Source of the DNA: Micromonas sp.
Taxonomy: Eukaryota
Length of the DNA: 32,000 nucleotides
Direction: 5' to 3'
Assembly: GCA_000090985.2 (NCBI GenBank)
Contig: CP001577.1
Location: 868,925-900,924, forward strand
In this document: in pieces, positions 17,148 to 25,302 of the stretch
How positions within the stretch are numbered: position 1 is the first letter of the stretch
Layout: the number at the start of each line of letters is the position of its first letter
Program-made: the position numbers and the translations under genes
Notes under the pieces: generated by a model
Database searches by the model: none
Told to the model about the DNA's origin: nothing
What the model saw: the letters and a program-made list of their open reading frames with translations, nothing else

Positions 17148-17738
17148 AGTCTCTTTGGGGTTGGTTTTGACGTGATATGTTGATTCGTCGATTGAGTAGT
17201 AGCTAGCTAACGTTGACTACCTACTGTCAATAGAAGAAACCATCAAACTTTGGGAAGTGATAAAGCACATGATGTTGTACGTGATGGACCTCCGACCAGC
17301 GCCGGGTGACGACTGGCGTGTGGTGTGAGTTCCAGCGAATGCGCTCGCCGTTTGGTAATATACGCGGCGATGTGATGCGAAATCCGTCAGCAGCCGGGAA
17401 TTTGAGCGTTTTGTTTTTGTCTGCTTTTGGGTGGTGTGGTACAGGATGGGTGTGAGACGCGGCGCGACCGACGGGGGCGTCGTACGCCTCCGCCGGAACG
17501 CCGGCCGTCGGGTGGTGTGGATGATGATGATGTGGCGCCCATCTATCGCCTCGCTCTCCCTCGAAAATATGTTCTCTCATGGTATTTTGGGAATGAATCC
17601 TTCGGGTCTTGATACAGGATACAACGGCGCGGTCGCGGTCTCCCGCGTCTTCGCGCGGGACGACGCGAACCGACACAGAGTGAAGTGACGGTTCATGTCG
17701 TTCCGCGCCAAGACGCGGGGGCCCGGCGTCGCGGGCGC

Positions 17739-17942
17739 TTAGCGGCGCTCGGTGACGGACGCGGCGAATCCACGCGAGGTGGAGGGCTTCTCGACGACGG
17801 AGGGCGCGACCATCTTCGCCTCCTCCTCCGCCATGGCCATGGCCATCATGGAGACTCCGGAGCCGACGGCCACGCCCATGCCGACGAGACCGCCGAGGGA
17901 GATGAGGGAGAGAGCGGTGTAGACGTTCTGGGGGGAAGGCAT
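17739..17942 (-). CDS. Small (67 aa) single-pass, glycine-zipper-like membrane protein of unknown family.
   Basis: The ATG-initiated product is MPSPQNVYTALSLISLGGLVGMGVAVGSGVSMMAMAMAEEEAKMVAPSVVEKPSTSRGFAASVTERR. Codons are almost exclusively C/G-ending (tcc, ctc, gtc, ggc, acc, aag), matching the well-supported genes in this window even though the surroundings are low in GC. A TATATAA element sits about 160 nt upstream (18104..18110), followed by a CT-rich leader. Confidence 0.6.
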   Translation of the reverse strand: MPSPQNVYTALSLISLGGLVGMGVAVGSGVSMMAMAMAEEEAKMVAPSVVEKPSTSRGFAASVTERR

Positions 17943-18832
17943 CGTGCTTTAGTTTGGTGTTGTTTCTGTCGTCGGTTGTGGGATGGAATGGAAATTGGTG
18001 AGTCAGCTGGAACAGCAGGGGAGGAAAAGGGAGGATTGATTTGGTTTTTCCCCGGACGACCGTTCCCGCCGGAGAGCGCGGCGTGGGCGGGCGTTCCGAG
18101 TATATAAACGCGTTCGGACGCCGCGAACCTCGCGACTGGCGACGTCCACGACGGAAACGAGGCGGCGTCGCCCTCCGCGTCGACGATCGTCCGGGCCGAA
18201 CCCGCCCAATCCGAGGGGGGACTCCCCGGATAACCGGGCCCGAAAGAGCTCGGTCGCCGGACGCCGGAGACGCGTCCCGACGCCGCGACGCGAGCGTCCC
18301 CGCGGGCTCGAGCGCTGATGGTCTTGGAGCTCACCTGGTATTGGCGTAGATCCGAGGATCTACTGTGTGCGGGAAAAGGAAGGTGGATGTGTGCGGGGTG
18401 TGACGAGCGCGCCGCGTCGCATCGTGGTTTTATAGTCGAAGAGACGCGGGTGCGGCCCGCAGCCGCCGTTGCCGAGCCCGCCTCTAACTAAAAACCCATA
18501 CGGAAAACACGGAGCTCACCGCGAGAAGATACAGTTCGGGAGCGCTGCGAGCCATTTCTCACCGTCAGCGTCGGTGGCCAAAATCGAATATCGGCCTCTG
18601 ATTGGCTGAAATTCTTTTTTGTCTTGGGAGGCTGGGCAACCGAAACTTGCGAGGAAAATCAGGGTCATACGCATACGGAAACAGTCCTTCACTTTCGTAA
18701 AGTTTATATTCTTTGAAATCCCGTTTCCAGCAATCAGAACGACTGGCCAAGCAATTGGCTGCAGACCATAGCACTCAGCTAAATCCGCGCGGGATAAATG
18801 CCCGTACACTCCTTACTGCAATTGCACGTAAG

Positions 18833-18904
18833 GGCTCGGTAGCACAACGGTAGTGCGTCTGACTCCAGATCAGAAGGTTGTGGGTTCGAATCCCGTCTGG
18901 GTCA
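18833..18904 (+). tRNA. trnW-CCA: tRNA-Trp (anticodon CCA), 72 nt, no intron.
   Basis: Folded by hand. The acceptor stem is GGCTCGG/CTGGGTC, which includes three G-U pairs. The D arm is GCAC-AACGGTA-GTGC. The anticodon stem TCTGA/TCAGA carries the loop CT-CCA-GA. The variable loop is AGGTT, the T arm is GTGGG-TTCGAAT-CCCGT and the discriminator is A. Its core is nearly identical to eukaryotic cytoplasmic tRNA-Trp (..AACGGTAG.GCGTCTGACTCCAGATCAGAAGGTTG..). Confidence 0.88.
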
Positions 18905-18911
18905 CAGATTC

Positions 18912-18918
18912 TTTTTTT
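18912..18918 (+). terminator. Pol III oligo-T terminator (T7) of tRNA-Trp.
   Basis: A run of seven T begins 8 nt after the tRNA 3' end. Confidence 0.65.
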
Positions 18919-19246
18919 GCACTTCTGAGGACACGGGTCGACGCCCCGCGTCGTCAGCTACGTCCTCGCAAAGTTTGGGGTCATTTGGCCGACATCCGAG
19001 GCGGCTACGACGCCCAAGACGTCATCAGGTGCCTGGCTGGGAAAACTTTTAGTTATTTGTCAAACAGTAATTGCGGTTAGATTCGGTAATCGCATTTACC
19101 GTTAGACGCCGGAATCGACCCGATCTCCAGTTCTCCAAGTGATCTCCCACCGAACGCGGTGATTGGCTCTCTCATGTCCCTCGCACCGATGGCCCGTCAT
19201 CGCCACTGACATCGCGGCGCCTTCTCGCGGCACACATCAGGGCACC

Positions 19247-22200
19247 ATGCCCACGCAGGGTATGGTCGTCTCGGCGAGCGCCGCGTCCGGGTTCCTTCCC
19301 CGGCGCGCCGCACCCGGCCGACGCGTCACCGCCTCCCCGCGCGCCGTCTTCGACGGATCGGCCGCTTCGACGATGAGGTCTTCGGGCTCGAGATTATCCA
19401 TCCATCGGGCCCGATCGCCGCGCGTATCCGGGGGTACCCCCCGCGGCCGGAGGCTCACCGCGCGCGTGTCCGCCATCGGCAGGTTCTTCGGCGGCGGCGG
19501 CGGCGGCGCGTCCGACGACGACGACGGCAAGGCTGTCTTCGCCGCCAAGTCCCGCCGGCAGGTTCGCATCCCGGGCTTCGTCTTCGCCGTGTCCCCCGCG
19601 GTCGTCAACGGCGAAGACGCGGACGCGCTCGCCGCGCTGGAGGCTGCCGTCGCGTCCGGCGCCACGGCCGTCATCCTCGCCGACGACACCGGCGATGCCA
19701 CCACCAGGGAGCTCTTCAACGCCGCGCTCGCGCTCAAGGAGTCGCTCAGGGGAAGAGCGTCGCTGCTCGTCGCCGACCGTACCGACATCGCCGCATCCGC
19801 CGAGTGCGACGGAGTGGTCCTGTCCGACGACGGCGTCCCCGTCGTCGTCGCGCGCAAGAGCCTGAGCTCGGCGTCGGGAGTCGTCGCGTGCGGGGTCAAG
19901 GACGAGCAGGCGGCGCTCATCGCGGCCAAGGAGGGCGCGGACCTCATCCTCGCCCCGAACGGCAGAGTCGCCGACGCGGTGCGAGGGAAGATCTCGGTAC
20001 CGGTGTTCGCGTCGCCGAGGAACGGGTGGGCGGGGGTGAGCGCGCCGGACGCTATCCAGGCGCTGGTCGACGCGGGTGCGAAGGGAGCGGTGCTGCCCAC
20101 GCCGCCGCCGAGCGTCGACGTCGCGAGGGGTATCACCGCGGCGCTGGCGCCGATCGCGGCGGCGGTGAAAAAGGATTCTGATGATTCCGAGCCCGGCGCG
20201 GCTCCCTCGGCGTCTACCACTCCAACCCCGGTCGGGACCTCGGTTGGGACGACCACCATGGCCGGTAAGATCATCGATCCGACCACGCAGGCCCTGTTGG
20301 AGCGCGAGCGCGTCCTCCTCGACGACGCCGTGGCGTTTCTCGTCGAGTCGACGCCCTCGCTTGAGGAGATCGGGCTTCTTGTGGAGGCCCGGAAAGGTCT
20401 GGAGGAGCTCTTCCTGCTCGTCATCGTCGGCGAGTTCAACGCGGGCAAGTCGTCGGTTATTAACGCGATGCTCGGTCAGAAGGCGCTCAAGGAGGGAATC
20501 CTGCCCACCACGAACGAGATCACCGTGTTGAAGTTTGGGAACGAACCGAGAACCGAGCAGAGCAAAGATGGGTTCTACACGCAGCTCATCCCCGCCGATC
20601 TGCTCCGCGAGGTGAACATCGTGGACACCCCGGGGACGAACGTGATCCTCGAGCGTCAGCAGAGGCTCACCGAGGAGTTCGTGCCGAGGGCGGACCTCGT
20701 GCTCTTCGTCCTGAGCGCCGATAGGCCGATGACCGAGTCGGAGGTTAAGTTTCTGAGCTACATCCGCAAGTGGGGCAAGAAGGTGGCGTTCGTGGTCAAC
20801 AAGTGCGACCGGCTGGAGAACCAGGGCGAGGTGGACGAGGTGAAAGGGTTCGTCGCGGACAACGCCGAGCGGTTGCTCGGCGTGACGGACCCGGCGGTGC
20901 TCCCAGTCTCCGCCAAAGCCGCGCTCGCCGCAAAGGAAAGAGGCGGGAGCGAAACCGACTTTGCGCAACTCGAGGATTACATCCTGAGCTTCCTGGGCGC
21001 CGGGGACAAGAAGGGCAAGAACTCCGGCGAGGGTCTCCGCCTGAAGCTCGGCACGCCGCTCCAGGTGGGCACGATGCTCTTCGGCGCCGCGGAGGAGATC
21101 TTGGCGCAGGAGCGAGCCGAGGCTGTGGAGGAGCTCTCGCAGGCGGAGGGCGTGGACGCGGCTATGGACAAGTACCGCGAGGCGATGGAGGCGGACTTTG
21201 GCGCGCAAGTGCAGGCGGTGCGCACGGCGGTGATGGGCGCGGTGGGCCGGTGCGACGACCTGCTGGACGCCACCCTGCGCCTGACGAACGGCGCGGACCT
21301 GTTCACCACGTACGTCCTGGGCAACGGAGCCAACGGCGCCATCCGAGAACGGTACAAAAAAGAGGTGCTCGGCGACTCCGAGGCTAAACTCCGCGCCGCC
21401 ATCAAGGAGCACACCGGGTGGCTCGCGCGCAACAACGATAACCAGCTCCGCGCGTACGCCGACGCCGTCCGCGCGCGCGGGTTCGATCCGTCCGCGACGG
21501 ATTTGAACCTCTTCGAGCGAGAGGAACGCATCGCAGCAGAGGAAGCGGAGGCCATCGCCGCCGTCCGAGCGGAGGTGGCGGCGAAGCAGACGGCCGCCGC
21601 CGAGGCCGAGGCGAAGGCCGCCGAGGCGAAGGCTGCCGAGGCGAAGGCGAGGGCCGCCGCGAAAGAGGCCGCGGGCGACGACGGGGCCGCCGCGGGTGAC
21701 GGAGCGGATGATTCGAACGATGATTCAAAGGAGAATTCGTCGTCGCTGGCGGATGAACTCGCCGGCCCCGCGCCCGCGCAAACCTCCGCGTCGTCGCTCA
21801 TCACCCGCGCCTCCTCCGATCTCACGTCCCCGGCCACCGTCGCGGCCGGGTTCGACCAGGCGGGCGCCGCGCGGCTGCTCGAGGAGGAGGTCAAGGATGC
21901 CGTGTACTCCACGGTTGGCGCCGCGGGAGCGTCTTTCTTCTTCGCCGTGTTCCTCTCCGGTTTTCTCGATAACTTCGCCGAGGACGTGCTCGCCTTCTCG
22001 CTCACCGCGGCGGTCGGGTACGTCTCCGTGCTGTCGCTGCCGCTGAAGCGCGCGGAGACCAAGGCGAAAGCTCGCGCCGTCGCGGAGAGTTTCTTGGACG
22101 AGGTGGAGGGCGCGATGCGGGCGGAGTTTGAGCGAAAGGTTGGCGCGACGACGGCGCAGGTTCGCGCGACGACGGCGCCGTGGGTCGCGAGCGCGCGAGA

Positions 22201-22291
22201 GGCGGAGGCGGCGGTCGCGGCGAGCCAATCGAGACGGGATCGCATCGCGGAAGACATGGACCAGCTCCAGAGGGACGTGCAGAGCATCTGA
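19247..22291 (+). CDS. FZL: FZL (FZO-like) chloroplast dynamin-related membrane-remodelling GTPase with an N-terminal ThiE/TenI-like domain.
   Basis: The GTPase motifs are readable: VIVGEFNAGKSSVINAMLG (P-loop), ILPTTNEITVL, VDTPGTNVIL and FVVNKCDRL. After them come coiled-coil Ala/Glu/Lys-rich segments and two C-terminal hydrophobic helices (ASFFFAVFLSGFL and VLAFSLTAAVGYVSVLSL). The N-terminus is transit-peptide-like. The first ATG is at 19247 in the context CACCATGC; the track start at 19163 is TTG. Confidence 0.88.
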   Translation: MPTQGMVVSASAASGFLPRRAAPGRRVTASPRAVFDGSAASTMRSSGSRLSIHRARSPRVSGGTPRGRRLTARVSAIGRFFGGGGGGASDDDDGKAVFAAKSRRQVRIPGFVFAVSPAVVNGEDADALAALEAAVASGATAVILADDTGDATTRELFNAALALKESLRGRASLLVADRTDIAASAECDGVVLSDDGVPVVVARKSLSSASGVVACGVKDEQAALIAAKEGADLILAPNGRVADAVRGKISVPVFASPRNGWAGVSAPDAIQALVDAGAKGAVLPTPPPSVDVARGITAALAPIAAAVKKDSDDSEPGAAPSASTTPTPVGTSVGTTTMAGKIIDPTTQALLERERVLLDDAVAFLVESTPSLEEIGLLVEARKGLEELFLLVIVGEFNAGKSSVINAMLGQKALKEGILPTTNEITVLKFGNEPRTEQSKDGFYTQLIPADLLREVNIVDTPGTNVILERQQRLTEEFVPRADLVLFVLSADRPMTESEVKFLSYIRKWGKKVAFVVNKCDRLENQGEVDEVKGFVADNAERLLGVTDPAVLPVSAKAALAAKERGGSETDFAQLEDYILSFLGAGDKKGKNSGEGLRLKLGTPLQVGTMLFGAAEEILAQERAEAVEELSQAEGVDAAMDKYREAMEADFGAQVQAVRTAVMGAVGRCDDLLDATLRLTNGADLFTTYVLGNGANGAIRERYKKEVLGDSEAKLRAAIKEHTGWLARNNDNQLRAYADAVRARGFDPSATDLNLFEREERIAAEEAEAIAAVRAEVAAKQTAAAEAEAKAAEAKAAEAKARAAAKEAAGDDGAAAGDGADDSNDDSKENSSSLADELAGPAPAQTSASSLITRASSDLTSPATVAAGFDQAGAARLLEEEVKDAVYSTVGAAGASFFFAVFLSGFLDNFAEDVLAFSLTAAVGYVSVLSLPLKRAETKAKARAVAESFLDEVEGAMRAEFERKVGATTAQVRATTAPWVASAREAEAAVAASQSRRDRIAEDMDQLQRDVQSI

Positions 22292-22480
22292 GGCGATCAT
22301 CGCTCGCGGGCTATTTATTTATTATTTATTGGCATCGACCATCAGAGAGGAACCGTTTCTACTGGTCCGCCGTCGCGTTATCGATCCACGACGCAGCCCG
22401 CCGCCTCGAGCGGCATTGTTAACATCGTGTTACTTACAATCTCCTATCGTGCGACACGCCTACGCCGGAAAGTGCTGCAA

Positions 22481-23524
22481 TCACTCGTCCACCGTCACGC
22501 CGTCGTCCATGTTCACATCGCAGCCCGCCGCTTCAAGCTCGCGTATCGCAGCAGGCTCGCTCGTCAGCCGATTGTCGCCGAGGTTCAACCACTCCAGCGA
22601 TGTGAGCTGCCCGATCTCCGCCGGCACGCTCGTCAGCTGATTGTTGTTGAGGATCAACTCCCTCAGCGACGTGAGCTGCCCGATCTCTGCCGGCACGCTC
22701 GTCAGTTGGTTGTCTTCGAGGGACAACCACTGCAGTGATGTGAGCTGCCCGATCTCCGCCGGCACGCTCGTCAGCTCATTGTAGCTGAGGTTCAACCACC
22801 TCAGCGATGTGAGCTGCCCGATCTCCGCCGGCACGCTCGTCAGCTGATTGTGGCTGAGGCTCAACCCCGTCAGCGACGTGAGCTGCCCGATCTCCGCCGG
22901 CACGCTCGTCAGCTCATTGTAGTTGAGGCTCAACTCCCTTAGCGCACTCAGGACCCCAACCTCAGCCGCCACTGCGTCCGTAAGGCCAACGTCTTCCAAC
23001 TCGAGCTCCACGACCCGGCCGTTTTCCATCGTCACCCCGTCCCAGTGCTCCGGTCGCGCAAGATCTGGCCACCTCTCCTGCAGCTCAGGGCACATCGCAC
23101 ACCATATCCGGAGCACCACGACGTCACCCCTGTAGTCGGATGTTCGCGTCCCGTCATCACTAGACGGCTGCAGAAGCTCGCGACTGTCCCACCCGTCGGG
23201 CGTCACGCCCGGGTGCTTGTCCAGCCAAGCCTGAACAATCTGTCTCACCACCCAGTTCGTCATCACCTTCGCGCTGCGCAGGGCGAGACCCGTGAGCGGG
23301 TCCTTTGTCCCGTTGCACCGGAAGTGCGATACGATAGCGCTCCTCTCGTACGTGTGCCCCGAGTCGACCACCACGACCGGATCGCGGAACATGTTTCGCG
23401 TGATGGGGCAGATGAGCACTTCGGGCTCCACAACGAGGTCTGCCTCGGGAGCAGAAAGGTCGCACTGTACACTGACGGTACGCAGGTTTCGCAGAACGTG
23501 TTCCATCTGCGATGAGGTGGACAT
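22481..23524 (-). CDS. U-box (RING-like E3 ubiquitin ligase) domain fused to about seven leucine-rich repeats.
   Basis: The U-box reads ICPITRNMFRDPVVVVDSGHTYERSAIVSHF....GTKDPLTGLAL. A cap-like segment (WDGVTMENGRVVELELEDVGLT) follows. Then come 23-aa repeats of the form L..L.L..N.LTSVPAEIGQLTS, five of them nearly identical, and a degenerate last repeat. The first ATG is at 23524; the track start at 23590 is GTG. Confidence 0.88.
   Translation of the reverse strand: MSTSSQMEHVLRNLRTVSVQCDLSAPEADLVVEPEVLICPITRNMFRDPVVVVDSGHTYERSAIVSHFRCNGTKDPLTGLALRSAKVMTNWVVRQIVQAWLDKHPGVTPDGWDSRELLQPSSDDGTRTSDYRGDVVVLRIWCAMCPELQERWPDLARPEHWDGVTMENGRVVELELEDVGLTDAVAAEVGVLSALRELSLNYNELTSVPAEIGQLTSLTGLSLSHNQLTSVPAEIGQLTSLRWLNLSYNELTSVPAEIGQLTSLQWLSLEDNQLTSVPAEIGQLTSLRELILNNNQLTSVPAEIGQLTSLEWLNLGDNRLTSEPAAIRELEAAGCDVNMDDGVTVDE
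22533..23010 (-). repeat. In-frame 69-bp tandem repeats that encode the LRR units.
   Basis: The string GTGAGCTGCCCGATCTC.GCCGGCACGCTCGTCAG recurs at 22602, 22671, 22740, 22809 and 22878, an exact 69-nt period. More diverged units flank these five on both sides. Confidence 0.9.
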
Positions 23525-23863
23525 TTCGCGCCGCTTGGAGGGTGCCTTCAATCGGACGTCCCGGCTCGCCCCTGGCTGCGCGCTCGGCACTGTGGCAGAG
23601 GTTTCCTCGGAACGTCCGTGCGTTTTTTTTTCGGCTTTAAAGCAAGAAGGTACAAATCAGCTCGGCACCCTCCCTCGGCGTTGCCAAAAAAGCAACGACG
23701 AGCGTCAGCGTCGCGTCACTCTCCTCGCGCTATCGGCACACGCGCGCGAACCTCCCCCACCGCCGCACGCACCCGCGAGACGTAAAGAGCCCCCAGGAGA
23801 GGTCCCTCGTCCGTCCCGCCCCCTTCCAAAGGAAGACCATCCCCCCCCCGCCGCCGCCGTTGC

Positions 23864-25251
23864 ATGCTCTCGCGCCTGACGCTCCGACTCAGAGGGAAGA
23901 CCGCGCGACTGCTCCACGCGCCCGCCCCCACGGGGGCGACCCCCCCCGCGCCGCCGGCGCGAGCGATGACCCGCCGCGTCGCGTCCACCGCGTTCGCCGC
24001 GACATCCTCGCACGTCGATCGCAGGCTCGAGTCCACGGCGGCGTCGTTCGCGGCGGCTCTCGGCGCGACGTTCCCGGGACGACCCGGCGCCGCCGCGACG
24101 GCGAAAACGCGTGACCAAACGCCTCTCGTCGCGTCGCCCTCTCCCGCCGCGCTCGAAGCCCCTCGCGCTGCCGCGCAGCCGCCGGTAAACGCGGTGGATG
24201 TCGAGGCGGCGCACGACCGCGCCGCCGCGGCGGACGCGAGCGACGCGTCGAGGCGATCGGGTCCCGTCGTCGCGGAGGCGGAGTCGCAGCGAAAGTACCA
24301 CTTCCAGGTGCGCGGCGCGGAGGCGAAGCGAGACTTCGATCGCTCCAAGGTGAAGTGCATGTGCCACGAGGTGAGTGAAGGAACAACTGTTCTCCAAGAT
24401 GTTCCGGCGGTGGGCTTGTGAACCAATACCACCGCCAAAACAGACAGCACAGTTGGTCAAGACCTGGATCCCTCGTCAGACTCACGTAGTACACGTGCAA
24501 GTACTACCCTTCTCTCCACCCCACTCCAACTCCCCAGGTCGCCGCCGCCGCGGCACTCCGCAGCCGAAACACTCACGCCGCCGCCGCCGCCGCCGCGTCG
24601 TCGTCCTCGTCGTCCTCGTCTTGCGCGGTCGACGATACGCCCACCGACGCCGCCTCCGAGAACATCAACGACTTCTTCGTCTTCAACCGCACCACCCTCG
24701 CCGACATCCTCGCCGCCAAGCACCGGACGCACACCTACTGGGGATCCAACCACTGGTGCGACGCGTCCGAGCCCGTCGCCGTCGCCGTTCGTCGCATGAA
24801 CTCGCAAGACGTGGGCGCGTTGCTCGTGATGGACCGATCGTTGCTGGACGTCGACGGCGACGAGCGCGTCACCGAGGCGGAGTTCAGGGCGTCGCCGCAG
24901 ACGGGCGCGATGCGAGGGATCGTCACCGAGCGCGATTACCTCCGCGCGGTGGCGCGCGGCGCGGTAAGCCCCGGCACCGCCGTCGGCGACATCATGACCG
25001 ATTTCGCGACGGACAACGGCGCGGGGCTCATAAGCGCCTCGCCCGATACGTCCGTGCTCGCGGCGATGGAGATCATGACCGAGGCGCGGATCCGGCACAT
25101 CCCGTGCATCGCGCCACCGTCCAGGGACGGCGCGACGGGCGCGGTGATGGAGGGCATGGTGTGCATCGGCGACGTCGTCAAGGCGCTGCTCGCGGAGGAG
25201 CGGGAGGAGGTTCAGATCTGCCGCGACTTCATCAACGGGGTGTACGATTGA
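23864..25251 (+). CDS. CBS-domain-pair protein, CBSX3-like, probably mitochondrial. Exons are 23864..24370 and 24538..25251.
   Basis: Exon 2 reads ...TLADILAAKHRTHTYWGSNHWCDASEPVAVAVRRMNSQDVGALLVMD...MRGIVTERDYLRAVARGAVSPGTAVGDIMTD...LISASPDTSVLAAMEIMTEARIRHIPCI...MVCIGDVVKALLAEEREEVQICRDFINGVY. It is colinear with Arabidopsis CBSX3 as I remember it (..W.WC....V.DAV..M...NVGALVV...GIITERDYLRKI......TKVGDIMT....IRHIPVI....GMVSIGDVVRAVV.EHREEL..LN.YIQGGY). Exon 1 begins MLSRLTLRLRGKTARLL, which is presequence-like. Both exons are phase 0 (507 + 714 nt). Confidence 0.82.
24371..24537 (+). other. Intron (167 nt) of the CBS-domain gene.
   Basis: The donor is GAG|GTGAGT at 24371 and the acceptor is CTCCCCAG| ending at 24537. 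GC content is lower than in the exons. An ACTCAC branch-like motif is present. The track shows the two coding blocks in different frames with stops between them. Confidence 0.78.
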
Positions 25252-25282
25252 GACGCGGGTGGCGCGCGACGAGACGGAGACA

Positions 25283-25302
25283 CGAACGAACGAACGAACG
25301 AA
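25283..25302 (+). repeat. (CGAA)5 microsatellite.
   Basis: Read directly, about 30 nt downstream of the CBS gene stop codon. Confidence 0.9.

Noticed and set aside
17227-17676. A His-rich 149-aa minus-strand ORF, considered as a protein-coding gene.
   Set aside because: Third-position G/C bias is weak compared with every supported gene in the window. The track start is non-ATG and I recognise no family. The region can be accounted for by the convergent 3' UTRs of POLA2 and the 67-aa gene. It stays only as part of the low-GC-island finding.
17846-18334. A 162-aa minus-strand ORF that could be read as an upstream transit-peptide exon of the 67-aa membrane protein.
   Set aside because: It starts on a GTG that is part of a donor-like CAGGTGAGC. 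It runs through the TATA-like element and the CT-rich leader of the small gene, and it is out of frame with it. I found no convincing acceptor that joins the two in frame.
18516-18809. A 97-aa minus-strand ORF next to tRNA-Trp, considered as a protein-coding gene.
   Set aside because: It has a GTG start in the track, roughly balanced third-position composition unlike the host genes, and no motif I recognise. An open frame of this length is somewhat unusual in ~45% GC sequence, so it is flagged in the island finding rather than called.
18853-19080. A 75-aa plus-strand ORF starting inside tRNA-Trp.
   Set aside because: It overlaps the tRNA body and its terminator, has no host-like codon bias, and shows no recognisable motif.
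21590-21665. A short tandem GCCGAGGCGAAGGC repeat (AEAKAAEAKAAEAK) inside FZL.
   Set aside because: It is an in-frame low-complexity stretch within a coiled-coil-like Ala/Glu/Lys segment of the protein, so it is not an independent element.
22533-23010. Regularly spaced 69-bp direct repeats that could superficially resemble a CRISPR-like array.
   Set aside because: The repeats are contiguous with no unique spacers. They are in frame, encode canonical 23-aa leucine-rich repeats, and lie within one continuous ORF in a eukaryotic context.
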